From Dicyema japonicum (Eukaryota > Animalia > Dicyemida): a stretch of 64,000 nt of DNA. Of this stretch, positions 62,880-64,000 are shown piece after piece (the first letter of the stretch is position 1; each line of letters opens with the position of its first letter). The translations under genes were made by a program, and so were the position numbers. Below the pieces are notes generated by a model, which was not told the DNA's origin, did no database searches, and saw only the letters and a program-made list of their open reading frames with translations. The stretch spans positions 357,516-421,515 of the forward strand of contig RDEW01000016.1 in the NCBI GenBank assembly GCA_011109175.1, given 5' to 3'.

Positions 62880-63811
62880 CGACTTTCCCTACCTTTCTGC
62901 GATCTTCAGAAGGGTGGCTTTTCAACAAACTTTAATACTTTACTTTTTTAATTTATTTAAAATAGAAAACAAATAAATTTATTCAATTATTATTATTAAA
63001 TGTAAACAGCATGGTTGGTTTGTGTCGCTAACAAAACACTCCTTCCTTTTACACTGGACTAATTACGTGCTCACTAACTAAGGCAGGAATGGAAACATCC
63101 TCATTAGAATACATGAACCAAATCTCCACGAGTGAGTCTATTATTTTAACTATAGTTATGTCTCCAAAATTTCACTACAAATGCTTAACATTTAAAAAAC
63201 ACGTGCGAGAACTTGAAACCCGAAACTCCAAAAAATGGTAGAAAAAACCCTCAAGAAATCTAAATATTAACATGTACTGAAAAAATATAACAGCTGGAGG
63301 AACTAATACATGAGTGCTTCGAGAAGCCTTTGATGAAATTTCTGAATATTATTAGAATATCAATAAGATATTATAAGAGGTATTCAAGTAGTATGCATGA
63401 CAGTACGAGAATACAGAGGGACTTAGAAAATACGCCACATTAAATCGACTGCTGATTTAAAGTAGAATGAGGATCGGCATTTGTCAAGGCAAATTATTGA
63501 ATATGCTAACTCCCTTATGTGAAATATTGAGACAATCAATACGATGAACTAATTGTGTACTCATAACCTTAAGTAAATCTTAGCTGTTTTACCTACAGAA
63601 CAATGAGTATTGATGTAACTTTTTAACTCATTTTATTTGATGCTTTCATCTTTTTTTTAACAATTAAACAAATGTCAGTTGCTTTCATCTTGAATTTTAA
63701 AACAATGTGCTAATAAAAAGTATGCGATATTTCTTAGTGATTTGTGCTAAATTTCCTGTAGGCAAAATTTCTGTCGGCCTAGTGTCCTGTCGGCTAAATT
63801 TATGGACATAA

Positions 63812-64000
63812 ATAGTGATTATCTCCGAAGACATAATGAAGTGGTAAAGTGCATCCATCTTCATCTTTGTCGAATTTATGGAATCAAAAGAAGCAGGAAA
63901 TTGAAAGGACATTCGGTTCAGTCAATAGTGACGAATCAAAATGTCGAAATTAGAGTTGACTCGTCGATTTTGACAGAAACAAAAGTCCAATACAATAAAC
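63812..64000 (+). mobile_element. R4/Dong-like RLE-region fragment running off the window
   Basis: SDYLRRHNEVVKCIHLHL...HSVQSIVTNQNVEIRVD...KVQYNK, close to the 991-aa ORF. Confidence 0.85.

Overview
AT-rich eukaryotic DNA made up mostly of decayed transposable elements. An intact galactose-3-O-sulfotransferase ORF, an animal-like Brr2 remnant and 19-30 nt GT-AG introns suggest a compact-intron metazoan such as a myxozoan; this assignment is inference only. Elements present: RLE-type non-LTR retrotransposons (one R4/Dong-like copy with an intact 991-aa ORF, several remnants, and CRE-clade pieces), RTE LINE remnants, a gag+APE LINE, stand-alone rve integrases (Ginger-like), pogo/Tigger and Buster-type hAT transposons, a tRNA-derived SINE and a tRNA-Val pseudogene. 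The most notable signal is an Ingi/Vingi-like APE-RT family with three linked features. (i) A 5' RNA with HDV-ribozyme topology occurs in six copies with visible compensatory base changes, but it lacks a conserved catalytic C in J4/2. (ii) A 2A/StopGo peptide (LLLSGDIEQNPGP) lies upstream of the endonuclease, and the start codon sits inside the RNA fold. (iii) Short non-autonomous partners of about 265-340 bp share both the 5' fold and the 3' tail. Everything was read by eye without database searches or folding software, and the boundaries of degenerate remnants are approximate.
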